The notes under the pieces: generated by a model
Told to the model about the DNA's origin: nothing
What the model saw: only the letters and a program-made list of their open reading frames with translations
Database searches by the model: none
Assembly (NCBI GenBank): GCA_040384765.1
Contig: JAZKIQ010000004.1
Location: forward strand, 63,434 to 127,433
Source: Patescibacteria group bacterium
GTDB lineage: Bacteria; Patescibacteriota; Minisyncoccia; Phycocordibacterales; JBBUBG01
DNA: 64,000 bases
Direction of reading: 5' to 3'
Shown: positions 1-9,156 of the stretch, piece by piece
How positions within the stretch are numbered: position 1 is the first letter of the stretch
Layout: every line of letters starts with the position of its first letter
Program-made: the position numbers and the translations under genes

Positions 1-3000
1 GGTCTTAGACTGCTCCACTTCACGAGTGCGCTCGAGCACTTTTGCCTGAAGGTTTTTGTTGAGGTCGGAAAGGGTTACCGAAAGGCGGTCGAGCTCTTCT
101 TTTTGCTCCTCACCTTTGATGATGTTCCTGATGAAGAAGATGCCGACGGTGGTGAATGCGGTAAAAATAAGCGCTTTGCTGATAAAGCCAGAGGTCAGCT
201 CGCCATGGGCAAAAATATTCCCGAAAAGGAGAAATACGATAAAAAAGATCCCAAGCTCAGCGGTGATTACTTTTAGGGCGATCACCTCCTCTCGGGCGAT
301 AGCATAGGCACTCATGCCTAGCCAGCCGATCATTGCTATTGGGCCAAGCCAGTACGTATTGGTGTATCCAGCATAGGTATAAAAAAGACTGACCATCACC
401 GGAATTGTGCCGAGGAGAGCAGTCCAAAAGACGCCTTTCCTGCGCTCTGTCGGCCCAAGAATGGTTGCTTTGTCTAGGTGCTGGTGCATATAGGCAAAGC
501 CGATCGTAAGGAGGACGAGAAAATGTATTCGCGCAAGAAGACCAAACTCTCCGTAGGTCCAGTATCGATCAAGCACGTTTGGCCCCCCAAACCCTGCACC
601 CGCAATGATGAGGTTGCCCTGATAGTAGAGATATCCAAACCCAAGCTCGAGAAGTGCGATAAAGCTCGCTATTTTTGTGCGAGGGAGGGGCCGCTCTACC
701 GCAGCAAGGGCAAAGAAGAGGAACGCCACGGCCACGCCATTGCCTACAAAGCTCGCCGTTTTTGCCCAGAAAAGGAGTGAGGCGTCGGTGCTCGAAGCGT
801 ACAGAAAGCTTGTTGCGAGTGCCCAGGCCCCAGCCATGAATACCAAAAATGAGTACCGCATAGCACCTTCGCGGGTCGAGTGTCGATAGAGATAGAATGA
901 AAAGAAAAAGAGGGTGAGGGCTGTCGCGAGGTTTATGAGTGCGTAGCTGTTGAGGTTTGCCCAGAGAGAGGTCGTGATGAGGAATGCACCCATGCCGCTC
1001 ACAAAAATATTTACAAACAAGATCAGAATAAGCACTGCAGCAAGGAGAGTGGTGACAATGAAGCGCACGGAAAGGAACTGGTAGCGCTTGATTGCATAGG
1101 AGTTAAAGCCGATCCATCCCAAAATCGCGGTGGGCGCAAACCAGTAGAGAGAGGTGTTGCCGCCGTGCTCGATTAAGGGATAGATAATCACGAGCCCGGG
1201 TAGTGCCCCTAGGAGCGACCCCCACAGAATAAATAAGCGAGCTTTCTTATTTTCACCAACAAGATATCCCAGTTTTTTCCATAGGAGGTATGCTGCAGCC
1301 ACAAAAAAACCGATGAAATGTATCTCTTCAAAAAGCCGAAGTGGGCCGTATGTCCAGGTGCGGTCGAGAACTCCTGCGCTCCCTAGGTGCGCAGATGCTA
1401 CGAGAAGGTCAGTGCCGATGAATAGATAGCCAACAATGAGCTCAAGAAAGAGGAGAGCGAGTGCTACTTTTCGCGGCATCCGGTTTCCCTCGGGGATAGA
1501 GAAGGTGTAGGCAAAAAAGGCGAGTGCAATACCACTGCCTATAAAATGGTTGAGCCGAATGATGAGGGTGAGAAAAGCATCGGTCCCGGCAGCGTAGTAG
1601 AGCCCGATACCAAATGCCCAGAGGCCCGCAACCCATACGATGCGAGCGTAGGCCCGAGAGACCGATGCTTTGCTTCCGAGGTAGATGAGTGTTCCGAAGA
1701 TCGCGAATATAAGAGCGGTTGTCCAGTTGAGCATCGTATAGCCAGTGACAGGACCAAAAAGTGAAGAGAGATCTTCTTTGGCGAATGAGCCGAGGGTGTC
1801 GCCGATGCCAAACGGAAGGAATATGTTCACAAACAGGACAATCACCATCAAGAGAAGCGCAAGCTCTGCAGCAATAAGCTTGAGGTTGAGTGCTTTGTAT
1901 TTGACGATAACGTAGGAGGTCAGGAGCACCCATGAAAGTGCAAACAGAGGCCCGAGCCAGCTAAATCTGAACAGACCAAAGAGGGGGAGTACCACCGCTA
2001 CCGTTACTCCGATGAGTGAGCCGAGGAGCGTTGCGGCAAAGATGATGAAAAGCTGGTGGCGAGTGGCGGGGTCCGCGAGGCTTCGAAACTTTTTCCAAAG
2101 CAGGGTAAGGCCTCCAATAAAAAACGGCGCGAAGTTGAGGTGAAACAAAAATCCAAGCGGGCCAAACTGCCAGCCGTTTTCAACGGTGTTACCGAGGACA
2201 ATAAAAGTGTCGCGGATTATGAGCGGGGTAAAGAGATAGAGAGGTAGAAGGATCGCTTCGAGGGACACGAGAAGGGGGAACACCCAGCGCTTCGGCTTCT
2301 CTTCGCTCGGGTAGAGCATCGCAAAGTACAGAAAGATGGTCCCCACAGCGCCGCCGACGTAATGGTTGAAACGGTTGAGAAAAAGGAGAATATCATGGTC
2401 GATAAGCATGTAGTAGAGCCCCATGCCAAACCCCCAGAGTGCAAGCATTGTCGCGAGGAGGGCGTAGGCTCTATTCGATGAGCGGCGAGAGCCGGTGGCA
2501 AGCACGATTGCAAAACTCGCGAAAAGGATGCCTGCGAGCCAGTTCACCATGCTTTCAATGCCGGGCGTGACAATGCTTGCGCGAAAGTGGGCTATAGAGG
2601 CGCCTATTCCCTCGATTGTTGGGAGACCGAGGGTTACATCACCAAGAAACGAGCCGGAGATACCTGATCCCGAAAACAGGATATTGAGGAAAAGGATCAC
2701 GATCATTGCAAACACGGCTATTTCAGCAACGACGTGTCGCACGTCGAGCGCCCGATACCGCACGATCGTGTAGTAGGTGAGTGCTACCCAGACAAGTGCC
2801 GAAAATGGGGCGTAGCGTGCAAAATGGAAATAGCCAAAAGCTGGCAGTACCATCGCAATGACTATGGCGAGGAGGGCGCCCCATACGATAGCCCAGAGCA
2901 GTACGCGAAGTACACTCTTTGTCTCAGGGGAGCTTGCGGTGCGATATTTTTTCCAGAGCAGATAGATGCCTGCTGCAAAGGGGATAAGAAAATGCGCATA

Positions 3001-3450
3001 AAAGAGCGCTCCGAGCGACCCCAAGTGCCAGCCGTACTGGAGACGGTCGACGCTTACGATAAAGAGGTCGTGGATAATCGTGTTTGTACCGAGGTAGAGA
3101 TACGCAAGCACGACCTCGGCGCCCATGAGCCAGTACAGCTGTTTTCGGGGAGGAGCTACCTCTTCGGGGAACAGCACGCCAAAATAGTAAAAGAGGGGAC
3201 CTACTGAGGCCGCAGCAAAATGGTTGAGCCTGTTAAAAAAAAGAAGGAGCTCTCCCGTGTCTCCGACAAATGCGCTGCTCGTGGCTATCCAGTAGAAGGT
3301 GCCTTGAGAAAGTGACCAGAGAGAGCAGGTGAATGCGAGGATCGAGTAAGCGCGGGTGGAAGGCTTTTTTGATCCGACATGGAGGAGCACCGCGAACAGT
3401 CCAAAAATAAGAGCAGAGAACCAGCTTATGGCCGATGTCGCATTGAGCAC
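1..3450 (-). CDS. Giant polytopic membrane protein (partial, >1150 aa; start GTG 3450 or ATG 3492, 3' end runs off window at position 1). Four tandem ~200-aa 7-TM sensor-like modules followed by a coiled-coil linker; possible sensor kinase or cyclase input domain
   Basis: Own minus-strand translation: one frame is open across all 3450 nt. It is absent from the ORF track because no stop codon lies in the window. Motifs LLWKK(Y/F)R, FxNR(L/F)NHF and Y(Y/W)..GP recur every ~200 aa. The C-terminal part reads ...GEEQKEELDRLSVTLSDLNKNLQAKVLERTREVEQSK. Confidence 0.7.
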   Translation of the reverse strand, partial: MLNATSAISWFSALIFGLFAVLLHVGSKKPSTRAYSILAFTCSLWSLSQGTFYWIATSSAFVGDTGELLLFFNRLNHFAAASVGPLFYYFGVLFPEEVAPPRKQLYWLMGAEVVLAYLYLGTNTIIHDLFIVSVDRLQYGWHLGSLGALFYAHFLIPFAAGIYLLWKKYRTASSPETKSVLRVLLWAIVWGALLAIVIAMVLPAFGYFHFARYAPFSALVWVALTYYTIVRYRALDVRHVVAEIAVFAMIVILFLNILFSGSGISGSFLGDVTLGLPTIEGIGASIAHFRASIVTPGIESMVNWLAGILFASFAIVLATGSRRSSNRAYALLATMLALWGFGMGLYYMLIDHDILLFLNRFNHYVGGAVGTIFLYFAMLYPSEEKPKRWVFPLLVSLEAILLPLYLFTPLIIRDTFIVLGNTVENGWQFGPLGFLFHLNFAPFFIGGLTLLWKKFRSLADPATRHQLFIIFAATLLGSLIGVTVAVVLPLFGLFRFSWLGPLFALSWVLLTSYVIVKYKALNLKLIAAELALLLMVIVLFVNIFLPFGIGDTLGSFAKEDLSSLFGPVTGYTMLNWTTALIFAIFGTLIYLGSKASVSRAYARIVWVAGLWAFGIGLYYAAGTDAFLTLIIRLNHFIGSGIALAFFAYTFSIPEGNRMPRKVALALLFLELIVGYLFIGTDLLVASAHLGSAGVLDRTWTYGPLRLFEEIHFIGFFVAAAYLLWKKLGYLVGENKKARLFILWGSLLGALPGLVIIYPLIEHGGNTSLYWFAPTAILGWIGFNSYAIKRYQFLSVRFIVTTLLAAVLILILFVNIFVSGMGAFLITTSLWANLNSYALINLATALTLFFFSFYLYRHSTREGAMRYSFLVFMAGAWALATSFLYASSTDASLLFWAKTASFVGNGVAVAFLFFALAAVERPLPRTKIASFIALLELGFGYLYYQGNLIIAGAGFGGPNVLDRYWTYGEFGLLARIHFLVLLTIGFAYMHQHLDKATILGPTERRKGVFWTALLGTIPVMVSLFYTYAGYTNTYWLGPIAMIGWLGMSAYAIAREEVIALKVITAELGIFFIVFLLFGNIFAHGELTSGFISKALIFTAFTTVGIFFIRNIIKGEEQKEELDRLSVTLSDLNKNLQAKVLERTREVEQSKT

Positions 3451-3478
3451 AGTGGCTTTATTATAGCGTGAAAGTGAA

Positions 3479-3520
3479 AAGAGAATCCCCATTATTCTTG
3501 CGAATAATGGGGATTCTCTT
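3479..3520 (-). terminator. Rho-independent terminator downstream of the HU gene; abuts the start of the giant membrane-protein gene
   Basis: Perfect hairpin agagaatccccattattc-ttgc-gaataatggggattctct; U-rich on the minus-strand side. Confidence 0.6.
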
Positions 3521-3541
3521 GTAGTGGTGAAAACGAAACTG

Positions 3542-3820
3542 CTAGGACATCTTTACTGCATCCTTGAGCGCTTTTGCTGCACGAAACTTCGGTGCTTTCA
3601 TCGAAGGCACCTGCACGGTCTCGCCGGTGCGTGGATTGCGCGCCGTGCGAGCTGCTCGGGTCTTTACCGAGAAGATACCAAGACCTGCTATCGAAACCTC
3701 ATCTCCTTTCTTGAGGCCATCTACGATAGCCCAGAGCATCGTGTCTACTGCCTCTTCAGCGGCAACTTTTGTCCCGCCAATCTTCGAGTGAACCGCATCG
3801 ATAATATTTTGCTTGTTCAT
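3542..3820 (-). CDS. hup: Nucleoid-associated DNA-binding protein HU
   Basis: 92-aa ORF MNKQNIIDAV...GLGIFSVKTRAARTARNPRTGETVQVPS, the typical HU/IHF fold signature. Confidence 0.9.
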   Translation of the reverse strand: MNKQNIIDAVHSKIGGTKVAAEEAVDTMLWAIVDGLKKGDEVSIAGLGIFSVKTRAARTARNPRTGETVQVPSMKAPKFRAAKALKDAVKMS

Positions 3821-3875
3821 ATGGTTGTTTGCCTCCTTGCATAGCGAGGAGGTTATTACGACCTTTAGCTAGGTA

Positions 3876-4053
3876 GTGTTCGCAATCTCGCGTCCTGTCA
3901 AAACGCCGGAGTTCCGAGCGAAAAACGAGATGGAGTTCGAGCCGTATAGTATACGGCTCGGGCGAAGCGCAGTTTTGCAGCCGGAACTCCGGCGTTTTGG
4001 CGGACGAGCGATACTTTCAGCCCATCCCTTCGCGGCGAGATTGTGAACACTGC
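3876..4053. other. Nested perfect inverted repeats (candidate structured RNA or element scar)
   Basis: Outer 18-bp arms 3876-3893/4036-4053 (one G-U). Inner 18-bp arms caaaacgccggagttccg 3899-3916 and cggaactccggcgttttg 3981-3998. Internal hairpin gagccgtatagtatacggctc. Confidence 0.35.
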
Positions 4054-4218
4054 CAAGGCTAGTATACCGCAGCCCAAAATCAAGGGCAATCGAGAAATGG
4101 CTTAGTGAAGCCATGCAACTCGGGTAAGAGTTCAGAGTTTAGAGATCAGAGATTAGTCACTCAACAATGGCGAGCAAGAGTTTTGCTGACTGAGCTCTGA
4201 ACTCTGTAAACTGAACTC

Positions 4219-5748
4219 CTATCTTGCGTACTCAATCGTTCGATTCTCTCGGACGACGATCACTTTGATCTCTCCTGGGTACTTGAGCTCTTGCTCGATG
4301 CGCACTGCTATCTCGCGAGCCATCTTTTTTGCTTCGATATCCGAAACGTCCAAAGGGTTTACAAAGACGCGAACTTCACGCCCTGCTTGGATGGCGTAGC
4401 TGCGCTCCACTCCTTTAAATGAGGTTGCAATTGCTTCGAGGTCATGGAGGCGTTTGAGGTAGTTTTCTACCGAGTCGCGTCGTGCGCCTGGGCGCCCACC
4501 AGAGATCGCATCCGCGGTCTGCACGATAACAGACTCGATCGTCTCGTACGGATACTCTTCATGGTGCGACTGCATTGCTGAAATGATTCGCGGATCTGCG
4601 CCAAACTTCTGGAGAATACGTCGGCCAATGTCGACGTGGGTGCCCGCCACCTCATGATCTACTGCTTTTCCGATGTCGTGCACCAGTGCTCCTGCTCGGG
4701 CGACGGCGACGTCGGCTCCAAGCTCCTCGGCGAGCATCCCTGCGATGTGAGCCATCTCTGTCGAGTGCTGGAGGACATTTTGTCCGTAGCTCGTACGGAA
4801 ATGGAGGCGGCCTAGGATCGAGATAATGCGTGGGTCGAGGTTGAACACCCCTGTTTCATAGGCGGCTCGTTCACCCTCCTCTTTGATGATCTTGTTGATC
4901 TCATTTTTGGCGTGCTCTACAGCCTCCTCAATCTTTGCAGGCTGAATGCGCCCATCGTGGATCAGGTTTTCAAGGGCTACTTTTGCGATATGGCGGCGTA
5001 CCGGGTCGAATGCGGAGATGATGATAACGCCCGGGGTGTCGTCGATTACGAGCTCTACTCCTGCCGCGCGCTCAAAAGCCCGAATGTTACGACCCTCCTT
5101 GCCGATAATTTTCCCTTTTACCTCGTCACCGGGGAGGGCGACCGAGGTTGTCATCGCCTCGCCAGCTGTAGACTGAGCAAGTCGCTGGATCGATGTCGAG
5201 AGAATATCCTTTGCCTTTCGGTCGAGGCGCTCCACGCCGTCACGCTCGAGTTTTTGCATCCGAACGGTGAGATCTTCCGCATGGATTCGCTCCATGTTCG
5301 AAAAAAGCTCATCGCGAGCCTCTTTTTCTGAAAGCTTTGCTGTTTTCTCAAGGAGAGCCTGGCGCTCGGTCTCGAGCGTTTTTGCTTTTTCCTTGAGCTC
5401 TTTTATCTCAGCAATCTTTCCTTTTAGGCTTTCTACCTCGCGGTCGATATCACTTTGGCGACGGTCAAGGTTCTCATCTTTTCGGAGCAGCCGGTCCTCA
5501 AGCTTTTTCATCTTCTCGCTTTCAGACCGGAGATCTTCCTCGGTTCGCGCTACGCGATCCGCAGCCTTTCGCTCCGCATCTTCGGTGATTCGTGCAGCTT
5601 CTGTTTTTGCATCAAGAAGCATCTGCTTTACCGAGAGCTCGATCGACCCTTTTTGACCAAGGGAGATGAGCCAGCGGAGAAAGTAGCCGATGCATACTCC
5701 TAAGAGGCCGACAGAACCGGCCACAAGGAGCACTGTTTTAGTAAGCAT
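4219..5748 (-). CDS. rny: Ribonuclease Y (N-terminal TM, coiled coil, KH and HD domains)
   Basis: 509 aa: ...GKIIGKEGRNIRAFERAAGVELVIDDTPGVIIIS (KH) ... HSTEMAHIAGMLAEELGADVAVARAGALVHDIGK (HD). Confidence 0.93.
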   Translation of the reverse strand: MLTKTVLLVAGSVGLLGVCIGYFLRWLISLGQKGSIELSVKQMLLDAKTEAARITEDAERKAADRVARTEEDLRSESEKMKKLEDRLLRKDENLDRRQSDIDREVESLKGKIAEIKELKEKAKTLETERQALLEKTAKLSEKEARDELFSNMERIHAEDLTVRMQKLERDGVERLDRKAKDILSTSIQRLAQSTAGEAMTTSVALPGDEVKGKIIGKEGRNIRAFERAAGVELVIDDTPGVIIISAFDPVRRHIAKVALENLIHDGRIQPAKIEEAVEHAKNEINKIIKEEGERAAYETGVFNLDPRIISILGRLHFRTSYGQNVLQHSTEMAHIAGMLAEELGADVAVARAGALVHDIGKAVDHEVAGTHVDIGRRILQKFGADPRIISAMQSHHEEYPYETIESVIVQTADAISGGRPGARRDSVENYLKRLHDLEAIATSFKGVERSYAIQAGREVRVFVNPLDVSDIEAKKMAREIAVRIEQELKYPGEIKVIVVRENRTIEYAR

Positions 5749-6197
5749 TCGTCTGGTCTTAAAGGAGCTTTTCTTAAAAAGAATCGCGTCGCGAGCCTCT
5801 TAGAATTCGAAGCGAGAACCAAAAAATGTGAGGAGTTGTATGAATATACTACTCGGAGCATTTTGTAGGTTCGCAGCCGGATTCTAAGGGGCGCAGTAGC
5901 GATAGGCGACGCGTCAGCAGTATGCTTTCTTCGCCGATATTTTTAAGAAGAGCTCTTGGACAGTCTGAGTCCTGCGCGCGGCAGTGCGATATACGCACGT
6001 TCCAGCTGGAAAGGGGGGAAAATCAAGAGAGAAAGGGGAAAGGCGATCCGTTCAATCGTGGTGGAAAAGACGCTCGGGATGTACAGACTGTCCATGTTAT
6101 TAATGGGAATACGGCTACAAAATACCATTCTTCAACAATTCTGTCGAGGATACTCAAAATAGATTGAAGTTGAGCCATTTTAGAGCTATTTCTTAAC

Positions 6198-6226
6198 TTG
6201 ACTTTTAGATAAAAAACTGTTATAAT
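6198..6226 (+). promoter_or_regulatory. Consensus sigma70 promoter TTGACT-17-TATAAT
   Basis: ttgact(6198-6203), 17-nt spacer, tataat(6221-6226); followed by SD aaggaaggtg and ATG at 6282. Confidence 0.7.
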
Positions 6227-6281
6227 ATAAGAGATCCGACGCCGTTCAGTGTGAACACTGTCGGGAAAAGGAAGGTGTGTT

Positions 6282-6860
6282 ATGGAAACTAACACGGAGC
6301 TTTCGCTCGATGTTGGCCAAGCAAATGAGCTCAAGCTCGCGTTCCGCCGAACTGGCTGGACGAATGCAGAGATCAAGATGCTGTGTGAGGGGAGCAAGCT
6401 TCGCAAAGTGCTTCTCACGCTCCGCGGCTGGGCAGAAATCAGCGTGCCGAAAGTGGATCTTTCCGCCAGCCCGTCGCTCTACAGCTCGCTTGCGGTTGTG
6501 CAGGAGCATGAGGTTGGGCCCCAGCACTGGGAATGGGATCCGGGTAACACCGAGCTGTATGTCCACCAGTACCAGAGGAAAGGGTGGGCCCTCAACACGG
6601 TTGAGCTTCGAAAGGAGCTCGCAGGCCGGAAGACGCTCAACGCGTGCCTCATCGACTTCCTCCTCGCGCATCCGCACCTGATTCCTCCTGAGTGGGAATC
6701 GTGGCATGTGCTCTTCTTGGGGACGACCTATCGCGACGTGATGTTCGATGTGTCGCGAATCAGGTATCTCTACCGGAAGGGTACAGACTGGAAAGGTGGG
6801 GACGTTAAGGTGGGTGATCATCTGAACGATAGGTACCGCGCGCTCCTGGTTAGGGAGTAG
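6282..6860 (+). CDS. Hypothetical protein (192 aa), single-gene unit with its own consensus promoter, strong SD and terminator
   Basis: METNTELSLDVGQANELKL...; no recognisable domain. An antisense 265-aa ORF overlaps it but is Arg-rich junk. Confidence 0.6.
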   Translation: METNTELSLDVGQANELKLAFRRTGWTNAEIKMLCEGSKLRKVLLTLRGWAEISVPKVDLSASPSLYSSLAVVQEHEVGPQHWEWDPGNTELYVHQYQRKGWALNTVELRKELAGRKTLNACLIDFLLAHPHLIPPEWESWHVLFLGTTYRDVMFDVSRIRYLYRKGTDWKGGDVKVGDHLNDRYRALLVRE

Positions 6861-6875
6861 CCGTCGGTAGACTGT

Positions 6876-6920
6876 TCTTGCCCCGTTCTTTCGCTTAGGC
6901 GAAACGAGCGGGGCTTTTTT
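6876..6920 (+). terminator. Rho-independent terminator
   Basis: gccccgttctttcgcttaggcgaaacgagcggggc followed by ttttttg. Confidence 0.7.
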
Positions 6921-6969
6921 GTATAAAGCTTGGCTCGAAGGTATTTCTTTTGAAAAAGCTTGCGCAGTC

Positions 6970-6997
6970 GCCCGCAGCAGGGTGCGGGCCTTTTGTG
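6970..6997 (+). terminator. Second plus-strand terminator-like hairpin
   Basis: gcccgcagcagggtgcgggcc followed by ttttgtg. Confidence 0.45.
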
Positions 6998-7043
6998 AGA
7001 GTTGCTCAGCAGAGCAAAGGCCCGATCGGGCGACGAGCGGCAA

Positions 7044-7064
7044 GACAAAAGCCCCGCTGGGGGC
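7044..7064 (-). terminator. Terminator downstream of clpP
   Basis: Minus strand reads gcccccagcggggc followed by ttttgtctt. Confidence 0.6.
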
Positions 7065-7102
7065 ATTTAGTCTGGTTTTGCAAAAGAAGTACCGAGGGCC
7101 TT

Positions 7103-7702
7103 CTATTTCTTCGCCTCCGCTTTCGGCTTCAAGATCTCATCCACAATGCCGTATTTCTTGGCCTCATCTGCGCCCATGAAAAAGTCGCGATCGGTATCTT
7201 TTTCAAGTACAGAGAGAGCCTTGCCGGTATGTTTTGCGAGAATAGCGTTCAACTGAGCCTTGAGCTTGAGGATCTGGCGAGCAGTGATCTCGATATCCGA
7301 TGCCTGGCCTTCAGCGCCACCAAGCGGCTGGTGGATCATCACTTCCGAGTTGGGGAGGACGAAGCGCTTGCCCTTTTCGCCCGCGGCAAGAAGGATCGAT
7401 GCCATAGAGGCTGCAATACCCACGCAGATTGTCGATACTTTTGGCTTGATATGCTGCATTGTGTCGTAGATCGCAAGACCTGCGTACACAGAGCCACCCC
7501 CTGAGTTGATATAGAGGGAGATATCTTTGTTAGAGTCTTTCGATTCAAGATACAGAAACTGAGCGATGATCGTGTTGGCGACATTTTCATCGATCGGCCC
7601 TGCGAGCATGATGATGCGCTCTTCGAGGAGGCGAGAGTAGATGTCGTATGCGCGCTCGCCAAACTGCGACTTCTCGATGACGGTGGGGATTAAGATTGAC
7701 AT
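7103..7702 (-). CDS. clpP: ATP-dependent Clp protease proteolytic subunit
   Basis: [39 protein letters not shown]...; canonical ClpP. Confidence 0.96.
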   Translation of the reverse strand: MSILIPTVIEKSQFGERAYDIYSRLLEERIIMLAGPIDENVANTIIAQFLYLESKDSNKDISLYINSGGGSVYAGLAIYDTMQHIKPKVSTICVGIAASMASILLAAGEKGKRFVLPNSEVMIHQPLGGAEGQASDIEITARQILKLKAQLNAILAKHTGKALSVLEKDTDRDFFMGADEAKKYGIVDEILKPKAEAKK

Positions 7703-7801
7703 GGAAGAAATGACTTAATGACTAATGACGAATGACCAATGAATGCGGGTGTCCGATTTTCTAGACATTAGACATTAGGCATTAGTCATTTGCAAATTGA
7801 T
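7703..7801 (-). promoter_or_regulatory. Palindromic array of heptad direct repeats (4x GTCATTn facing 4x nAATGAC) in the tig-clpP intergenic region, touching the clpP start codon
   Basis: Coding strand: ATGACTAATGCCTAATGTCTAATGTCTA...cATTGGTCATTCGTCATTAGTCATTAAGTCATTTcttccATG. Confidence 0.5.
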
Positions 7802-8797
7802 TTACTTCTGCGACTCAAGAAACTGCAACACCTTCTCATTCAAAAGCATCCCTTCTACATAGAGCTGCGCGCGCTCCGGATCAGCACCCTGGTACTGTGC
7901 CATCACTTCAGCGGTCTCCTTTTCTACCTCCTCAGGAGATGCCTCAAGCTTCTCCTTTTTCCCGATCTGTTTGAGGATTAGCTCAAAGCGTACACGCTTT
8001 TCTGCTGCCTCGCGCATCTCTCGGCGGATATCCTCCTCGGTTTTTCCTGTGGACTCTACATATCCTGGAAAGGTGCCTCCTGCACGCACGATGTCTGCTT
8101 TCATCTGGCTTACCATGCGCTCGAGCTCGGTATCTACGAGTATTGCGGGAAGCTCTGAGGTGCTCTTCTCAAGAATCCCTTCGAGGATTGCCGTGCGCTT
8201 CTTGTCGCGGAGCTTGATCTCTTTCTCAAGACTAATGTTTTTTCCAATCTTTTCTTTAAAATCAGCCACACTTTCAAACTTGCCGAGCGTTTTTACAAAT
8301 TCGTCGGTAAGCTCGGGGGCGGCTTCACCCTCTTTGGTTCGCAGCTTCTTTATCTCTGCAACTACATCCTCGACCTCTTTCTCGGAGGCGAGGGCAGTCT
8401 CGGTGTTCGCTGCAAGGCTCTCTTTGGCGATCTTTTTGTAGTCGGGGAGTACCACCTCGGGCATGACGGCTGTCTTGATGGTAAAGAGAACAGGCGCTCC
8501 CTTTTCGAGCTTTGTTATCGATATTTCAGGCCGGCCGAGTGCCTCGATCCCATGCTCTTCGATAATCTCCGGGTACGCCCGCTCGAGGGCTCGGTGAGCC
8601 ATCTCCTCGAGAAGAGCCCCCTCACCAAATTTTTGAATAAGTACTTTCTCGGGGGCCTCGCCTGGGCGGAATCCATCGATATGTATAGATGCTGCAATGT
8701 GGCGTACTGCCTTTCCGCGCTGTTTTTCAAAAAGCTCGGGGGCGATTTCGCCGGCGATAGTGACTGTTGAGTTCTCTCCTTTAGTGAGCGTGGTCAT
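7802..8797 (-). CDS. tig: Trigger factor (short form, 331 aa; start at second Met MTTLTKGE)
   Basis: Ribosome-binding N-domain GFRPGEAPEKVL and C-terminal chaperone arm. The track's upstream ATG lies inside a TATAAT box (8826..8821). Confidence 0.85.
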   Translation of the reverse strand: MTTLTKGENSTVTIAGEIAPELFEKQRGKAVRHIAASIHIDGFRPGEAPEKVLIQKFGEGALLEEMAHRALERAYPEIIEEHGIEALGRPEISITKLEKGAPVLFTIKTAVMPEVVLPDYKKIAKESLAANTETALASEKEVEDVVAEIKKLRTKEGEAAPELTDEFVKTLGKFESVADFKEKIGKNISLEKEIKLRDKKRTAILEGILEKSTSELPAILVDTELERMVSQMKADIVRAGGTFPGYVESTGKTEEDIRREMREAAEKRVRFELILKQIGKKEKLEASPEEVEKETAEVMAQYQGADPERAQLYVEGMLLNEKVLQFLESQK

Positions 8798-8880
8798 GAT
8801 AAAAAAATATAAGAGTCTCCAATTATACAACTAAAAAGGCCTCTTGAAAAGCCCTGCACACTTTTTCTCTAGACCGGCGA

Positions 8881-9144
8881 CTAGTTCTTCGTACTGCTTG
8901 CTGTCTCTTCGAGCGCGTTTAGCTTGGCCTCAATATCAGACAGATCGAGCTCTCCGTAGTCGCTTTTGAGGGTTCCTACATCATCTGTGCCTGTGGCATG
9001 AGGGCGGTCGCTCTCGGCTGAGATAAGAGGGGACGCCGCTTCGCGCTTTTTGATGCTTGCATACGCACCGATTCCAAGGAGCACAATAAGTGCTCCAACG
9101 AGGAAAAGCGGTCGAGATTGAATGAACGATGAGCGAGGACGCAT
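8881..9144 (-). CDS. Small membrane-anchored hypothetical protein (87 aa)
   Basis: N-terminal TM RPLFLVGALIVLLGIGAYA, acidic tail. Confidence 0.45.
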   Translation of the reverse strand: MRPRSSFIQSRPLFLVGALIVLLGIGAYASIKKREAASPLISAESDRPHATGTDDVGTLKSDYGELDLSDIEAKLNALEETASSTKN

Positions 9145-9156
9145 GCTGCGATGCGA

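Noticed and set aside
1442-3207. Several 60-160-aa track ORFs in the first 3.4 kb
   Set aside because: All are alternative-frame artefacts of the single long minus-strand membrane-protein frame.
3869-4114. 81-aa minus ORF inside the nested inverted-repeat region
   Set aside because: It lies wholly within palindromic sequence and has no expression signals. The region looks structural rather than coding.
6246-7043. 265-aa minus-strand ORF overlapping the 6282-6860 gene
   Set aside because: Arg-rich, low-complexity antisense translation. It has no promoter or SD, whereas the plus-strand gene has consensus signals and a terminator.
8798-8830. N-terminal extension of tig (MYNWRLLYFFI)
   Set aside because: The upstream ATG lies inside the TATAAT -10 box. 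The canonical start is the second Met.
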